This document shows, in pieces, positions 20,101 to 33,164 of a stretch of 64,000 bases of DNA; position 1 is the stretch's first letter, and each line of letters opens with the position of its first letter. Source of the stretch: an uncultured Desulfatitalea sp. (GTDB lineage Bacteria > Desulfobacterota > Desulfobacteria > Desulfobacterales > Desulfosarcinaceae); the NCBI GenBank assembly GCA_963668675.2, contig CAXXMB010000002.1:544001-608000 (forward strand), given 5' to 3'. The notes beneath the pieces were generated by a model. That model saw only the letters and a list, made by a program, of their open reading frames with translations. It was not told the origin of the DNA and made no database searches. Both the position numbers and the translations under genes were made by a program.

Positions 20101-21632
20101 GGATGACCCAGATCATCAAGGAGAAAAAGCTCAACCGTGTCGTGGTGGCCGCCTGTACGCCCAAGACCCACGAACCGTTGTTCCAGGAGACGCTCACCAA
20201 TGCCGGATTGAACAAGTATCTGTTCGAAATGGCCAACATCCGTAATCATGACTCCTGGGTACACAAGAACAATCCGGATCTGGCGACCAGCAAAGCCAAG
20301 GATCTGGTACGCATGGCGGTGAATAAGGTGGGACTCATGCAGCCGCTGCAAGAGGCCGAACTGGAGGTGGATCAGACGGCGTTGGTCATCGGCGGCGGCA
20401 TCTCCGGCATGGCGGCCGCCCTGAGCCTGGCCCGCCAAGGGTACGAAACCCACCTCGTCGAACGCAGTGACCGCCTGGGCGGTCAAGCCCATCATCTGTA
20501 CAAGACCATCGACGGCGACCTGGTGTCGGAAAAGCTGGCTGCCCTCATTGCTGACATTGAGCAGAACCAAAACATCCGCCTGCACCTCAATACGGAATTG
20601 AGTGCCGTGGACGGATTTGTGGGCAACTTCAAATCGACCCTGACCAGCAATGGCAGCCAAGAGGAGATCGTACACGGTGTCTCGATCGTGGCTACCGGAG
20701 GCAAGGCCCTGCAAACCGAGGAGTATGGCTACGGTCAAGATGAGCGCATCATGACCAGCCTCGAATTGGACCAGCGCATGATGGCCGATGACCCGGCCCT
20801 GGCCAGCGCTGAATCGGCGGTGTTTATCCAGTGCGTCGGATCTCGGGAGCCGGAGAGGCCCTATTGCTCGCGGGTATGCTGTACCCATTCCATCGACAAT
20901 GCGCTCGAGCTCAAAAAGCGCAATCCGGAAATGAATGTCTTTATTCTGTACCGCGACATTCGCACCTATGGAGAACGGGAATATCTGTACAAAGAGGCCC
21001 GTGAACAGGGCGTCATTTTCATACGATACAATCTGGACGACAAACCGACGGTAACGGTGGCGGATGGCAAGGTGCGCATCACGGTCACCGACCACGTGTT
21101 GGGAGTGCCCGTGGCCATCGAAGCCGACTTGCTCACCTTGGCAACGGCGGTTTTGCCGAACAGGGACGAAAAGCTGGCTCAATTTTTCAAAGTGCCGGTC
21201 AACGACGATGGCTTCTACGTTGAAAAGCACGCCAAGTTGGGGCCGTCCGATTTTGCCACCGACGGTGTCTTTTTATGTGGGCTGGCCCATTACCCCAAAC
21301 CCATCGACGAAGCCATTGTGCAGGGTCGCGCCGCCGCCAGCCGGGCGGTTACGCTGCTCGCCCGCAAAAAGATCTACGCCAACGGGCAGGTGGCCCAGGT
21401 CGACCCCATGATGTGCAGCAGCTGTGGGGTCTGTGTCTCGATTTGCCCCTATTCGGCACCATCCTTTATCGACGCGGATGCACGCATGCACGCAGGAAAA
21501 GCTCAGATCAACGCGGTTCTGTGCAAAGGGTGCGGCCTCTGTGTGGCGTCGTGCCGTTCGGGCGCCATTCACCTTAAGGGATTCGACAATGATCAGATTT
21601 TTGCCCAGATTTCCGCGGTCAGTTGGGAATAG
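17184..21632 (+). CDS. hdrA: Selenocysteine-containing giant HdrA-like protein (HdrL type: tandem HdrA modules with GltD/NfnB-like insert), 1482 aa, Sec60
   Basis: '[14 protein letters not shown]...[11 protein letters not shown]'-TGA(17361-63)-'[12 protein letters not shown]' joins the track's 70-aa and 1406-aa ORFs in frame; HdrA motifs 'CVGSRD...[12 protein letters not shown]'; GltD-like 'CPAH...[10 protein letters not shown]...GAGPAG...GGGNVAMD'; ferredoxin domains. Confidence 0.92.
17379..17396 (+). promoter_or_regulatory. Putative SECIS hairpin of hdrA
   Basis: CTGGTCG-AGGT-CGGCCGG stem (two G-U) starting 15 nt after the TGA. Confidence 0.6.
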
Positions 21633-21691
21633 GGACGACCGCGTCGATCAGCAACGGAATCACCAACAACCTACCATAACGGAGCCGACAT

Positions 21692-22123
21692 ATGAGTGAT
21701 TGGGAGCCCAAAATCGTCAGTTTTCTCTGCAACTGGTGCAGTTATGGCGCCGCTGATTTGGCAGGCGTCAGCCGCATGGAGTATCCGCCCAACATCCGCG
21801 TCGTACGAATTCCGTGCACCGGTCGCATGAGTCCCAAATTTGCGCTGGCCGCATTGCGCGAAGGCGCCGATGCGGTCTGGGTGTCCGGGTGACATCCTGG
21901 CGAATGCCATTACCTGGAAGGTAATTACTACGCCCGTCGAAAATTCGTCCTGATGAAAAACCTGCTCGAGCACATGGGAATCGAACCGGATCGGCTCCAC
22001 TTTTCATGGATCTCTTCGGCCGAGTCCACCAAATTCGTCTCGGTAGTCAACGAAATCACGGCCAAGGTCAAAGCCTTGGGCCCCAATCAACGCTTCGTTA
22101 AACAAGCGGCGAAGGTAGCCTAA
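21692..22123 (+). CDS. flxD: Selenocysteine-containing MvhD/FlxD [2Fe-2S] protein, 143 aa, Sec67
   Basis: 'FLCNWCSY...IPCTGR...VWVSG'-TGA(21890-92)-'[17 protein letters not shown]...[11 protein letters not shown]' to TAA 22121-23; canonical motif is GCHPGDCHY. Confidence 0.92.
21909..21925 (+). promoter_or_regulatory. Putative SECIS hairpin of flxD
   Basis: Perfect ATTACCT-GGA-AGGTAAT stem starting 16 nt after the TGA. Confidence 0.7.
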
Positions 22124-22124
22124 G

Positions 22125-23072
22125 ATGTCAACTTATACGGAGAAGATTAGAGAAATTGCCCAGCGGCTGCTCAAAGAGTGCCAGGTCGAAATGGTGATTG
22201 GATTTCGAAAAGGCAGTATGCCTTTGATGAATGAGCCATGCATCATTCGCAAAGCCGAAGATGTCGATAACCTGGTATGGGATAGCAACTGCGGGATCAA
22301 CCTGGCAAACTATCTCGCCAACCGCAAGGAGAAGATCGGAATTGTGGCCAAGGGATGCGACTCGCGCAACATTGTGACCCACATCATGGAGAACAAAATC
22401 CAGAGGGATCAAGTTGTGGTCATCGGCGTACCTTGCCAGGGTATGATCGACAAACGCAAAGTCGCGGCCATGACCGAGGGAGACATCCTGGAGGTGAGTG
22501 AGGCGGACGACACCGTCACTGTCACCACCGACAACGGCAAACAGACCTTCGACAAAAAAGATCTCCTTCAGCAGAATTGCAGCCTGTGCACCCATCGCAA
22601 CCCTGTCATTCACGATGAGATGGTGGCCGATGAGGTAGTTGAGCAGACCGGCATCGACCCTTACGCGGATGTGGCCGAAATTGAAGCCATGTCTGCCGAG
22701 GAGCGCTGGAACTTCTTCGACGAGCTGCTGTCGCCGTGCATCCGCTGTTATGCCTGCCGCAATGCCTGCCCGCTCTGCTACTGCCCGACCTGTTTCGTGG
22801 ACGAATCCAAGCCGCAATGGGTGGGCAAGAGCCAAGACCCACTGGATGTGCGCACGTTTCACTTTCTGCGGGCGTACCACTGCGCCGGGCGATGCACCGA
22901 TTGCGGCGCATGTGAACGAGCCTGCCCGGTGGGCATCAATATGCGCCTGCTGACCAAAAAGCTGAACAAGGACTGTCTGGATCTCTATGGGTGGGAAGCC
23001 GGTTTGGCACTCGATTCAAGGCCGGCACTGGATGTCTATAAACCCAACGACCCTGAAAATTTCATCAAATAA
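22125..23072 (+). CDS. flxC: FlxC iron-sulfur subunit (FdhB/FrhB-like with 4Fe-4S dicluster)
   Basis: 'KGCDSR', 'CIRCYACRNACPLCYCPTC', 'HCAGRCTDCGACERACP'; position after mvhD-like gene. Confidence 0.82.
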   Translation: MSTYTEKIREIAQRLLKECQVEMVIGFRKGSMPLMNEPCIIRKAEDVDNLVWDSNCGINLANYLANRKEKIGIVAKGCDSRNIVTHIMENKIQRDQVVVIGVPCQGMIDKRKVAAMTEGDILEVSEADDTVTVTTDNGKQTFDKKDLLQQNCSLCTHRNPVIHDEMVADEVVEQTGIDPYADVAEIEAMSAEERWNFFDELLSPCIRCYACRNACPLCYCPTCFVDESKPQWVGKSQDPLDVRTFHFLRAYHCAGRCTDCGACERACPVGINMRLLTKKLNKDCLDLYGWEAGLALDSRPALDVYKPNDPENFIK

Positions 23073-23091
23073 GCAGATTAAAAGGCATACT

Positions 23092-24156
23092 ATGAAGGTC
23101 ATCAAAATCGACAAAAGCCAATGGTCGCAGGGACTGGAGAAGTTGAGAAATTCGTTCCGCCTTTTCGGGCCGGTAAAGGAGAAGGCATTCCACAACTTCC
23201 AGGAACTGGCCGCCGGCCAGGCGCCTGAACTGGACTACCAGAACACCCGGCTCTCTCCCAAAAGCCTGGTATTTCCGCAATCCGAGCTCATGTTCAACTA
23301 CTCTCTGGACAAAGAGGACACGGAATGCAACATCCTGAAAGAGGCCGAAAAGGATTATGGTGATCGTGCGATCATCGGTATTCGGCCCTGCGATGCCAAA
23401 GCCCTCTCTTTAGTGAAAATGAATTTCAGCAACGACCAGTATGAGGACCCCTACTGGCTTAACCTCTACAACGCCACCACCTTTGTGGGATTGGCGTGCG
23501 ATGCACCCTGCAGCACCTGCTTTTGCACCACCGCCGGATGCGGTCCGTACCATGAAGAGGGGCTGGACGTCCTGATGGCCGAACGTGAGGATCACTTCAT
23601 CGCCAAAGCGCTGACAGACAAAGGTGTCCGGCTCCTTGAAAGCGCCGCCTGGTCCCAGGCATCGGACGATGAAGCTGCTCTGGAAAAAGCCAAGGCGGTA
23701 GCCGAGGAGAAAATCGTCGCTAAGATTGAGACCGACAGCCTGGCCGCAGCCGACACAATGGCACTCCATGGCGCTGATTTCTGGGAGGATATCTCATTTG
23801 CCTGTATCAATTGCGGCACCTGTACCTTCTCATGCCCGACCTGCTGGTGCTTTGACATTCAGGATGAGGTCTACCGGAAAAAGGGGGTGCGCATGCGCAA
23901 CTGGGACAGCTGCATGTTCCCCATCTTCACGGTGCATACGACGGGCCACAACCCGCGGGATACCAAACTGGCCCGCGTCAGGCAACGCTTCATGCACAAG
24001 CTGAAGTATTTCGTGGACAAATATGAAAAGGGCATCATGTGTGTGGGATGTGGGCGCTGTGTGCGGCAATGCCCGGTGAACATCGACATTCGCAAAGTCA
24101 GCGCATTGATGAACAGCCTGGGATCTGAAGCCAAATGCGCGGTGCAGGGAAGCTGA
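23092..24156 (+). CDS. flxB: FlxB iron-sulfur subunit (AsrA/HydB-like)
   Basis: 'GIRPCDA', 'CINCGTCTFSCPTCWCFD', 'RNWDSC', 'RQRFMHK', 'CVGCGRCVRQCP'; start at ATG 23092. Confidence 0.85.
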   Translation: MKVIKIDKSQWSQGLEKLRNSFRLFGPVKEKAFHNFQELAAGQAPELDYQNTRLSPKSLVFPQSELMFNYSLDKEDTECNILKEAEKDYGDRAIIGIRPCDAKALSLVKMNFSNDQYEDPYWLNLYNATTFVGLACDAPCSTCFCTTAGCGPYHEEGLDVLMAEREDHFIAKALTDKGVRLLESAAWSQASDDEAALEKAKAVAEEKIVAKIETDSLAAADTMALHGADFWEDISFACINCGTCTFSCPTCWCFDIQDEVYRKKGVRMRNWDSCMFPIFTVHTTGHNPRDTKLARVRQRFMHKLKYFVDKYEKGIMCVGCGRCVRQCPVNIDIRKVSALMNSLGSEAKCAVQGS

Positions 24157-24212
24157 CCATGGCGACCGCTTCCCAGCAGAGCACAGAACGCACCCGACCG
24201 AGGGAGGAATTC

Positions 24213-25058
24213 GTGGAAAATCCATATTTGCCATATCCGGTCCGCATCGACGACATCACTGTCGAAAGCGAAGATCGCAATCTCAAAACATTCAAATTCG
24301 TCTTTCTCAAGCCGGACGATGAGGCCAAATTCGCTTACAATGCGGGACAATTTGCCGAACTCTCCATCGCCGGTGTCGGGGAGATCCCCATCGGCATCGC
24401 CTCTTCTCCTGTGGAGAAGGGTTTTATCAAATTCACGGTCAATAAGGCCGGCGTCGTCACCTCCCACCTGCACAACATGCAGGTCGGCGACATCATGGGT
24501 GTGCGCGGCCCTCTGGGCAACTGGTACCCATGGGACCTGCTCGAAGGCAAAAATGTACTGATCGTGGGCGGCGGTTTCGCCTTCACCACCCTGCGCTCGT
24601 CGATCATCTATATGCTCGATCCGGCCAACAGAGAAAAGTTCAAAAACATTACAGTGGTTTACGGAGCACGCTCACCCAACATGCTGCTCTATCGGGACGA
24701 GTTGATCGAGTGGGAAAAGCGCGATGACATCAACATGCACATCACCGTTGACGGCACCGATGACCCGGACTGGAAATACAATGTGGGCTTCGTGCCTCCC
24801 GTCACAGAACAGAAGGCCCCTGAAGGAGATGCCGACTCCTACGCCATCGTCTGCGGGCCGCCGGTGATGATAAAATTTACCCAGCCGGTGCTTGAAAAGC
24901 TCGGTTACGATCACGACCATATCATCCTCTCCCTGGAGAACCGGATGAAGTGCGGCATCGGCATGTGCGGACGCTGTGGTATCGGACGTGAGCTTGTCTG
25001 CAAAGACGGCCCGGTATTCACACTCTCCCAGGTCAATCAAACACCGCGAGAATATTAA
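24213..25058 (+). CDS. flxA: FlxA FAD/NAD(P)-binding subunit (AsrB/HydG-like)
   Basis: GGAGG RBS before GTG 24213; 'GQF', 'GEIPI', 'RGPLGN', 'CGPPVM', 'MKCGIGMCGRC...CKDGPVF'. Confidence 0.88.
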   Translation: MENPYLPYPVRIDDITVESEDRNLKTFKFVFLKPDDEAKFAYNAGQFAELSIAGVGEIPIGIASSPVEKGFIKFTVNKAGVVTSHLHNMQVGDIMGVRGPLGNWYPWDLLEGKNVLIVGGGFAFTTLRSSIIYMLDPANREKFKNITVVYGARSPNMLLYRDELIEWEKRDDINMHITVDGTDDPDWKYNVGFVPPVTEQKAPEGDADSYAIVCGPPVMIKFTQPVLEKLGYDHDHIILSLENRMKCGIGMCGRCGIGRELVCKDGPVFTLSQVNQTPREY

Positions 25059-25126
25059 AACGGAACGTAAAAAAAGGGCCTTTTTGCAGGACCGTAGAAT
25101 ACTTGTCCGATGAGCCTCTTTTCGTA

Positions 25127-25155
25127 TTGACAATAAACAGGTGATTCGTTATTAG
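25127..25155 (+). promoter_or_regulatory. Candidate sigma70 promoter of dsrC
   Basis: TTGACA-17 nt-TATTAG in the AT-rich gap upstream of dsrC. Confidence 0.4.
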
Positions 25156-25232
25156 GATTATCTTTAAAGTTTTGGAATAGTAAAGGCTGTCCAGCCGAGA
25201 ACCATAAAATATTGGCAAAGGAGGAGTTTTAA

Positions 25233-25550
25233 ATGCCGACAGTTGAATTTGGTGGAAAATCATTTAGTGTAGACGAAGACGGGTTCATCGATGATTACAA
25301 GAACTGGGCCCCTGAGTGGGTACAGTACGTAAAACAACAAGAGGGCATCGATGAGCTGAACGAAGAGCACAACAAAGTAATCGACGTGCTCCGTGAGTAC
25401 TATGAAAAGAACGGCATCGCCCCCATGGTACGCGTTCTTTCCAAAGTGACCGGCTTCAAATTGAAACACATCTATGAGCTTTTCCCCTCAGGCCCCGGCA
25501 AGGGAGCCTGTAAAATGGCGGGATTGCCCAAACCGACCGGTTGCGTCTAA
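25233..25550 (+). CDS. dsrC: DsrC sulfur relay protein (two conserved C-terminal Cys)
   Basis: AAGGAGG RBS; 105 aa; 'VDEDGFI', 'NGIAPMVR', 'LFPSGPGKGACKMAGLPKPTGCV' with Cys-X10-Cys. Confidence 0.95.
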   Translation: MPTVEFGGKSFSVDEDGFIDDYKNWAPEWVQYVKQQEGIDELNEEHNKVIDVLREYYEKNGIAPMVRVLSKVTGFKLKHIYELFPSGPGKGACKMAGLPKPTGCV

Positions 25551-25567
25551 TCCGACCAAAAAATTTC

Positions 25568-25605
25568 AAAAAAAGGCCCTGCATAAATGTGCAGGGCCTT
25601 TTTTT
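25568..25605 (+). terminator. Rho-independent terminator after dsrC (bidirectional form)
   Basis: A7-GGCCCTGCA-TAAATG-TGCAGGGCC-T7. Confidence 0.9.
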
Positions 25606-25672
25606 GTTTGAGGTGCAGAGGCTGATAATGATAGCAAGGTATCTAAACCACCTGATGTAGCGGAGATTGGCA

Positions 25673-26098
25673 ATGCAGCTCACTATCAAGACGCATGCCC
25701 AGACCGAGATGATCGACATCACCGGCCAGGTGCAGCAACTCCTCGACGACCAGAAATTCAAAGACGGCATCTGTATGATCTATGTGCCCCATACGACAGC
25801 CGCGGTGACCATTAACGAGAGTGCCGATCCCAGTGTGCGTGAAGATATCATGATGGTGCTCAACCAGATGGTGCCGTGGAAAGCACCCTATCGGCATCTG
25901 GAGGGGAACTCTCCGGCCCACGTCAAAACCTCCCTGATCGGCGCCTCTGAGGTCGTCCAGGTAAAGGACGGGCGCCTGGTGCTGGGGACATGGCAGGGGA
26001 TCTTTTTCTGTGAATTCGACGGACCGCGTACCCGCCGAATCAATGTCGCACGCATGGGGCAGGAGCAGCCACTACACCGTCACGATTCGATGAATTGA
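25673..26098 (+). CDS. yjbQ: UPF0047 / YjbQ family protein
   Basis: 'PHTTAAVTINESADPSV', 'HLEGNSPAHVK', 'LGTWQGIFFCEFDGPR'. Confidence 0.92.
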   Translation: MQLTIKTHAQTEMIDITGQVQQLLDDQKFKDGICMIYVPHTTAAVTINESADPSVREDIMMVLNQMVPWKAPYRHLEGNSPAHVKTSLIGASEVVQVKDGRLVLGTWQGIFFCEFDGPRTRRINVARMGQEQPLHRHDSMN

Positions 26099-26108
26099 GG
26101 TTATCCAA

Positions 26109-26561
26109 ATGACACTGGACGACACAGACAAAACCATTCTCAATCGCATTCAATCCGACTTCCCCATCGAGTCACACCCGTTTGAAGCCATCGCCTGCGA
26201 GTTGGATCTCAGTGAAGCAGAGGTGATCGAACGGGTCACAAAACTCAAAAAAGCCGGTATCATCCGACGCATTGGCGCCAATTTCGTCCCAGGAAAAATC
26301 GGTTTTTTCAGCACGCTGTGTGCCGCCCGGGTGCCAGAGGAGAAGGTCGAACGATTCTCCCAGGTCGTCAACCGCTACCCCGGCGTGACACACAACTATG
26401 AGCGCGACAACGCGTTCAATATGTGGTTCACCTTTATCGCCCGCTCAAGGGAGGAGATCGCCCGAAACCTCGATCAGATTGCCCAAGAGACCGGAATTGA
26501 AACCATCCTGAACCTGCCGGCAACTAAGGTATTTAAAATCCGGGCTCAATTCGACTTGTGA
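26109..26561 (+). CDS. ahbA: Siroheme decarboxylase alpha subunit (Lrp/AsnC-like)
   Basis: 'ILNRIQSDFPI..PF', 'GIIRRIGA', 'STLCAA', 'VTHNYER...NMWFT'. Confidence 0.85.
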   Translation: MTLDDTDKTILNRIQSDFPIESHPFEAIACELDLSEAEVIERVTKLKKAGIIRRIGANFVPGKIGFFSTLCAARVPEEKVERFSQVVNRYPGVTHNYERDNAFNMWFTFIARSREEIARNLDQIAQETGIETILNLPATKVFKIRAQFDL

Positions 26562-26562
26562 G

Positions 26563-27372
26563 ATGAAAGACATCCGCATTGCCGCCGTCGTCTGCCGATC
26601 ACCGGTAGGCGACATCGAATACAACCTGGCGCAAACCACCCATTGGGTCCGGCAAGCCCATGCGGCCGGGGTGGATCTGATCTGCTTTCCGGAGCTCAAC
26701 GTTACCGGTTATACCAACCACATTGATATCCTGGACCACGCTCAGACCATACCCGGACCAACAAGCCGTCAGCTGTCCGACCTTGCCGCTCAAAACGAAA
26801 TGGTCATCCTTGCCGGAATGGCAGAACCGGATGCCACGGGCAGGGCCTACGCCAGCCATGGCGTCTTCTGGCCCAGGAGCCATCAAACGGCCATCTATCG
26901 GAAACTTCACCTGGCACCCAACGAAAAGCCGTTCTTCGTACCGGGCAGCACCATCCCTATCTTCAAAACAGCCAAGACCACTTTCGGCATTCAGCTTTGC
27001 TACGATGCCCATTTCCCTGAATTGGCCACCGCCATGACCGCAAAGGGCGCCGATATTCTTTTTATGCCCCACGCATCGCCTCGCGGCGATGCAGCCGCCA
27101 AACATCAATCGTGGATGCGTCATCTGACGGCACGGGCCTATGACAACAGTGTATTTGTCGTGGCTTGCAATCAGATCGGAGAAAACGGAAAAGGACTTAC
27201 GTTCCCCGGCAATGCAGTAGCCATCGATCCTTCGGGCAACGTCCTCGCAAAACGGATAGAGACCACGGAGGGTATGCTGGTGGTCGATCTGAAGGCTGAA
27301 GACCTGAACGCAGTCCGCAGCCACCCCATGCGCCACTTTTTCCCCAACCGCCGGCCAGAGCTTTACCCCTGA
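26563..27372 (+). CDS. Carbon-nitrogen hydrolase (nitrilase family)
   Basis: Glu-Lys-Cys triad motifs 'FPEL', 'YRKLHL', 'LCYDAHFPE'. Confidence 0.92.
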   Translation: MKDIRIAAVVCRSPVGDIEYNLAQTTHWVRQAHAAGVDLICFPELNVTGYTNHIDILDHAQTIPGPTSRQLSDLAAQNEMVILAGMAEPDATGRAYASHGVFWPRSHQTAIYRKLHLAPNEKPFFVPGSTIPIFKTAKTTFGIQLCYDAHFPELATAMTAKGADILFMPHASPRGDAAAKHQSWMRHLTARAYDNSVFVVACNQIGENGKGLTFPGNAVAIDPSGNVLAKRIETTEGMLVVDLKAEDLNAVRSHPMRHFFPNRRPELYP

Positions 27373-27481
27373 ACCATTTGCATCAGCCGATTTGAGCTCG
27401 ATTATGGCAATTTTAATGCCGATCCACTCACATCTTTCCAATTTTCACAGTTTCTAATTTTTTCTATTTAACAATGGAGGC

Positions 27482-27513
27482 GTGGTAGGCAGGGGGAAAC
27501 CCATGCCTACCAC
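27482..27513. terminator. Hairpin between convergent genes
   Basis: GTGGTAGGCA...TGCCTACCAC 10-bp inverted repeat. Confidence 0.45.
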
Positions 27514-27560
27514 ACCGGTGTGGACCTGATGAAATGCCGGCAACTATTTAAAGAGAATAC

Positions 27561-27601
27561 AAAAAAAAGGGGTCTCCCATCAGCTTACGGAAGCCCCTTT
27601 T
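27561..27601 (-). terminator. Rho-independent terminator of the DUF2914 gene
   Basis: Minus strand GGGG-CTTCC...GGGAGA-CCCC followed by T8. Confidence 0.65.
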
Positions 27602-27664
27602 GATTGTAATGGCAACACGGCCTGCGATGACCGCGAGGTCATGAGCGATGGATGTGATTTCGTA

Positions 27665-28108
27665 CTATTGAATGAAAAAGATGATGCTCTCCAATGGTGT
27701 ACCTTCGGCCGAAAGGATCTCCACCATCCATTCGCCGGTCCAGTCCGGCGACATGGTTTTCGCGCTCCATGTCCGCCAGTTGTTCGAGCGCACCGGCAGT
27801 TTCACGGATGCCTTCAGGGTCCCTTTATAATACCAGTTGTGGGTCACCGAGCTTTCGCCCTCCACACCGACCACACGGCAAAAGCAGTAAACCTTATTGG
27901 TCTCCTTGGCAAACACATCTCCACTGCCCACCGGGGTCCGGTCCACAACATCCTGGCAAACCAAGGCATCCTGAATCGTGTTGACCGCCTGCTGCTCCGG
28001 GGCAGCTGCCTCCTCCTGTTTTTGCTCCTCTGCACTCCATACCGGAGCCGTCGCTCCTAAGATGAGAGTGCCCATCAACAGCAAAACTCCCAAAAGCTTC
28101 AGTTTCAT
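27665..28108 (-). CDS. Exported DUF2914 family protein
   Basis: Signal peptide; 'VYCFCRV', 'VTHNWY', 'WRTWSAK...GEWMVEI'. Confidence 0.82.
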   Translation of the reverse strand: MKLKLLGVLLLMGTLILGATAPVWSAEEQKQEEAAAPEQQAVNTIQDALVCQDVVDRTPVGSGDVFAKETNKVYCFCRVVGVEGESSVTHNWYYKGTLKASVKLPVRSNNWRTWSAKTMSPDWTGEWMVEILSAEGTPLESIIFFIQ

Positions 28109-28258
28109 GATTTCCTCCCTGAATATAGATTAGCTGGTTGATGATCGATCGCCGCAAGCGGTATACCATATACGCTGGTAATCGCCTAATATTAGATGAT
28201 TTTCATATATCAACATTTCACCGACATGGCAAACTCAAGGGGTGGGGGATCAAGCGAC

Positions 28259-28942
28259 TCAGAAGGCCGAAACGATCGTAATGTGCCCCCCATTTCTCAC
28301 CAGCTTGACCTTGAACCTGATCAACGTCTCCGTCAGCGGAAGGCCAAAAAGGAAGTCGAGCAATTCCCGATCAAGTCTGGAGCGCTCAACCGTCACCTGG
28401 CGCAGGCTTTGATCGTAACGGACTGTCGCCAGCAATGCCTTTGCAGCCTCCCCTTTTTCATCCTGGCCACTTTTGATGCGCTCAGTCAGTTGGCCGATGC
28501 CGCTGTAGCTGCAGCGCTCCTGGTGCTCGGCAACCAGATCGCTCAGACCGGGCAGCCGCGACAAGAGCCGGTCACGGGTCAACCGGTCGCGGTCATACAT
28601 CTCCGTGATTGCGCGGCTGTCCCAGCAGGTGAGCACACGGCATTCAACCGGCCGATGGTCATAGATGGTGCAGCCGACCTCCTCCTGATTGAGAAAGCGA
28701 CAGGTGGCGTCGGTTTGCGCAGCCCCCTTGATTTTGATAATATCGGTCGGCGCGGGCGACACCACTCCGCGAACGTTGTCGAAGGCCGGCTCTCCCTGGC
28801 GAATGGTGAAGAGTTCTTTCAACGGAATCCGGCCGGAGACCACCAGCTCTTCGTCTTCCAGATGAAGGGCCGGGCCTCCTTTGCAGCAGCACGTTCCGCA
28901 ACGTCGGCATTGGTATTGGATTTGAGTCATTTCGTCAGCCAT
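28259..28942 (-). CDS. YkgJ family CxxCxxCC cysteine-cluster protein
   Basis: 'CRRCGTCC', 'CRFL....CTIYDHRPVECR'; start uncertain. Confidence 0.85.
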   Translation of the reverse strand: MADEMTQIQYQCRRCGTCCCKGGPALHLEDEELVVSGRIPLKELFTIRQGEPAFDNVRGVVSPAPTDIIKIKGAAQTDATCRFLNQEEVGCTIYDHRPVECRVLTCWDSRAITEMYDRDRLTRDRLLSRLPGLSDLVAEHQERCSYSGIGQLTERIKSGQDEKGEAAKALLATVRYDQSLRQVTVERSRLDRELLDFLFGLPLTETLIRFKVKLVRNGGHITIVSAF

Positions 28943-29041
28943 TATGGCCTTATTACACCAAAGCTCATAAATAGAAAAGGCCGCTTCACCCATTGATGAA
29001 GCGGCCATGGAACAAAGGGTCGGATCGTTATTGGTTAGGGC

Positions 29042-32764
<3,723 letters not shown>

Positions 32765-33164
32765 TCACTTTTGATGAGGCAAGCCTCATTGGGAATAAAA
32801 GAAGTTTAGGAAACCATATTCGCAGAATGTTGGCAAGGCCAAAATGAAACCTTTTGACCTTGGGAAAACCAGTAAATACGGTAACAAAGTTACATAAGGG
32901 ATCTCAAACGGCACACATCTCTCCCCTGTTTCACGGCGTTTATTGGGCCGGCTTGAAAAGCACGTCCTGTGTTGATATAAATGTGTTTCAACCCTGCCCG
33001 GTATTTGCAACCATAGACCTTGACGTTGGCAGCTTTGCAACCATATATTGGTTTTAACCCGTTATTCTGGCACATTAGAAAAACAGACCCGGCGGCCACA
33101 CTGCCCAGAGCGAACGCAATCGGATCGCGCCCGTAGACAACGCCCATCGATAGAGGATTGTACG

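Noticed and set aside
17370..21230. Long minus-strand ORFs (620 aa, 396 aa) inside hdrA
   Set aside because: Antisense shadows of a GC-rich coding region with no recognisable motifs
11610..22123. bcp, hdrA and flxD as nonsense-mutated pseudogenes
   Set aside because: All three stops are TGA at conserved Cys positions, frames continue intact, and each has a downstream hairpin; Sec recoding explains them better
26109..26561. Ordinary Lrp/AsnC transcription regulator
   Set aside because: 'FP...PF', 'STLCAA' and 'THNYER..N.WFT' fit AhbA/NirD better
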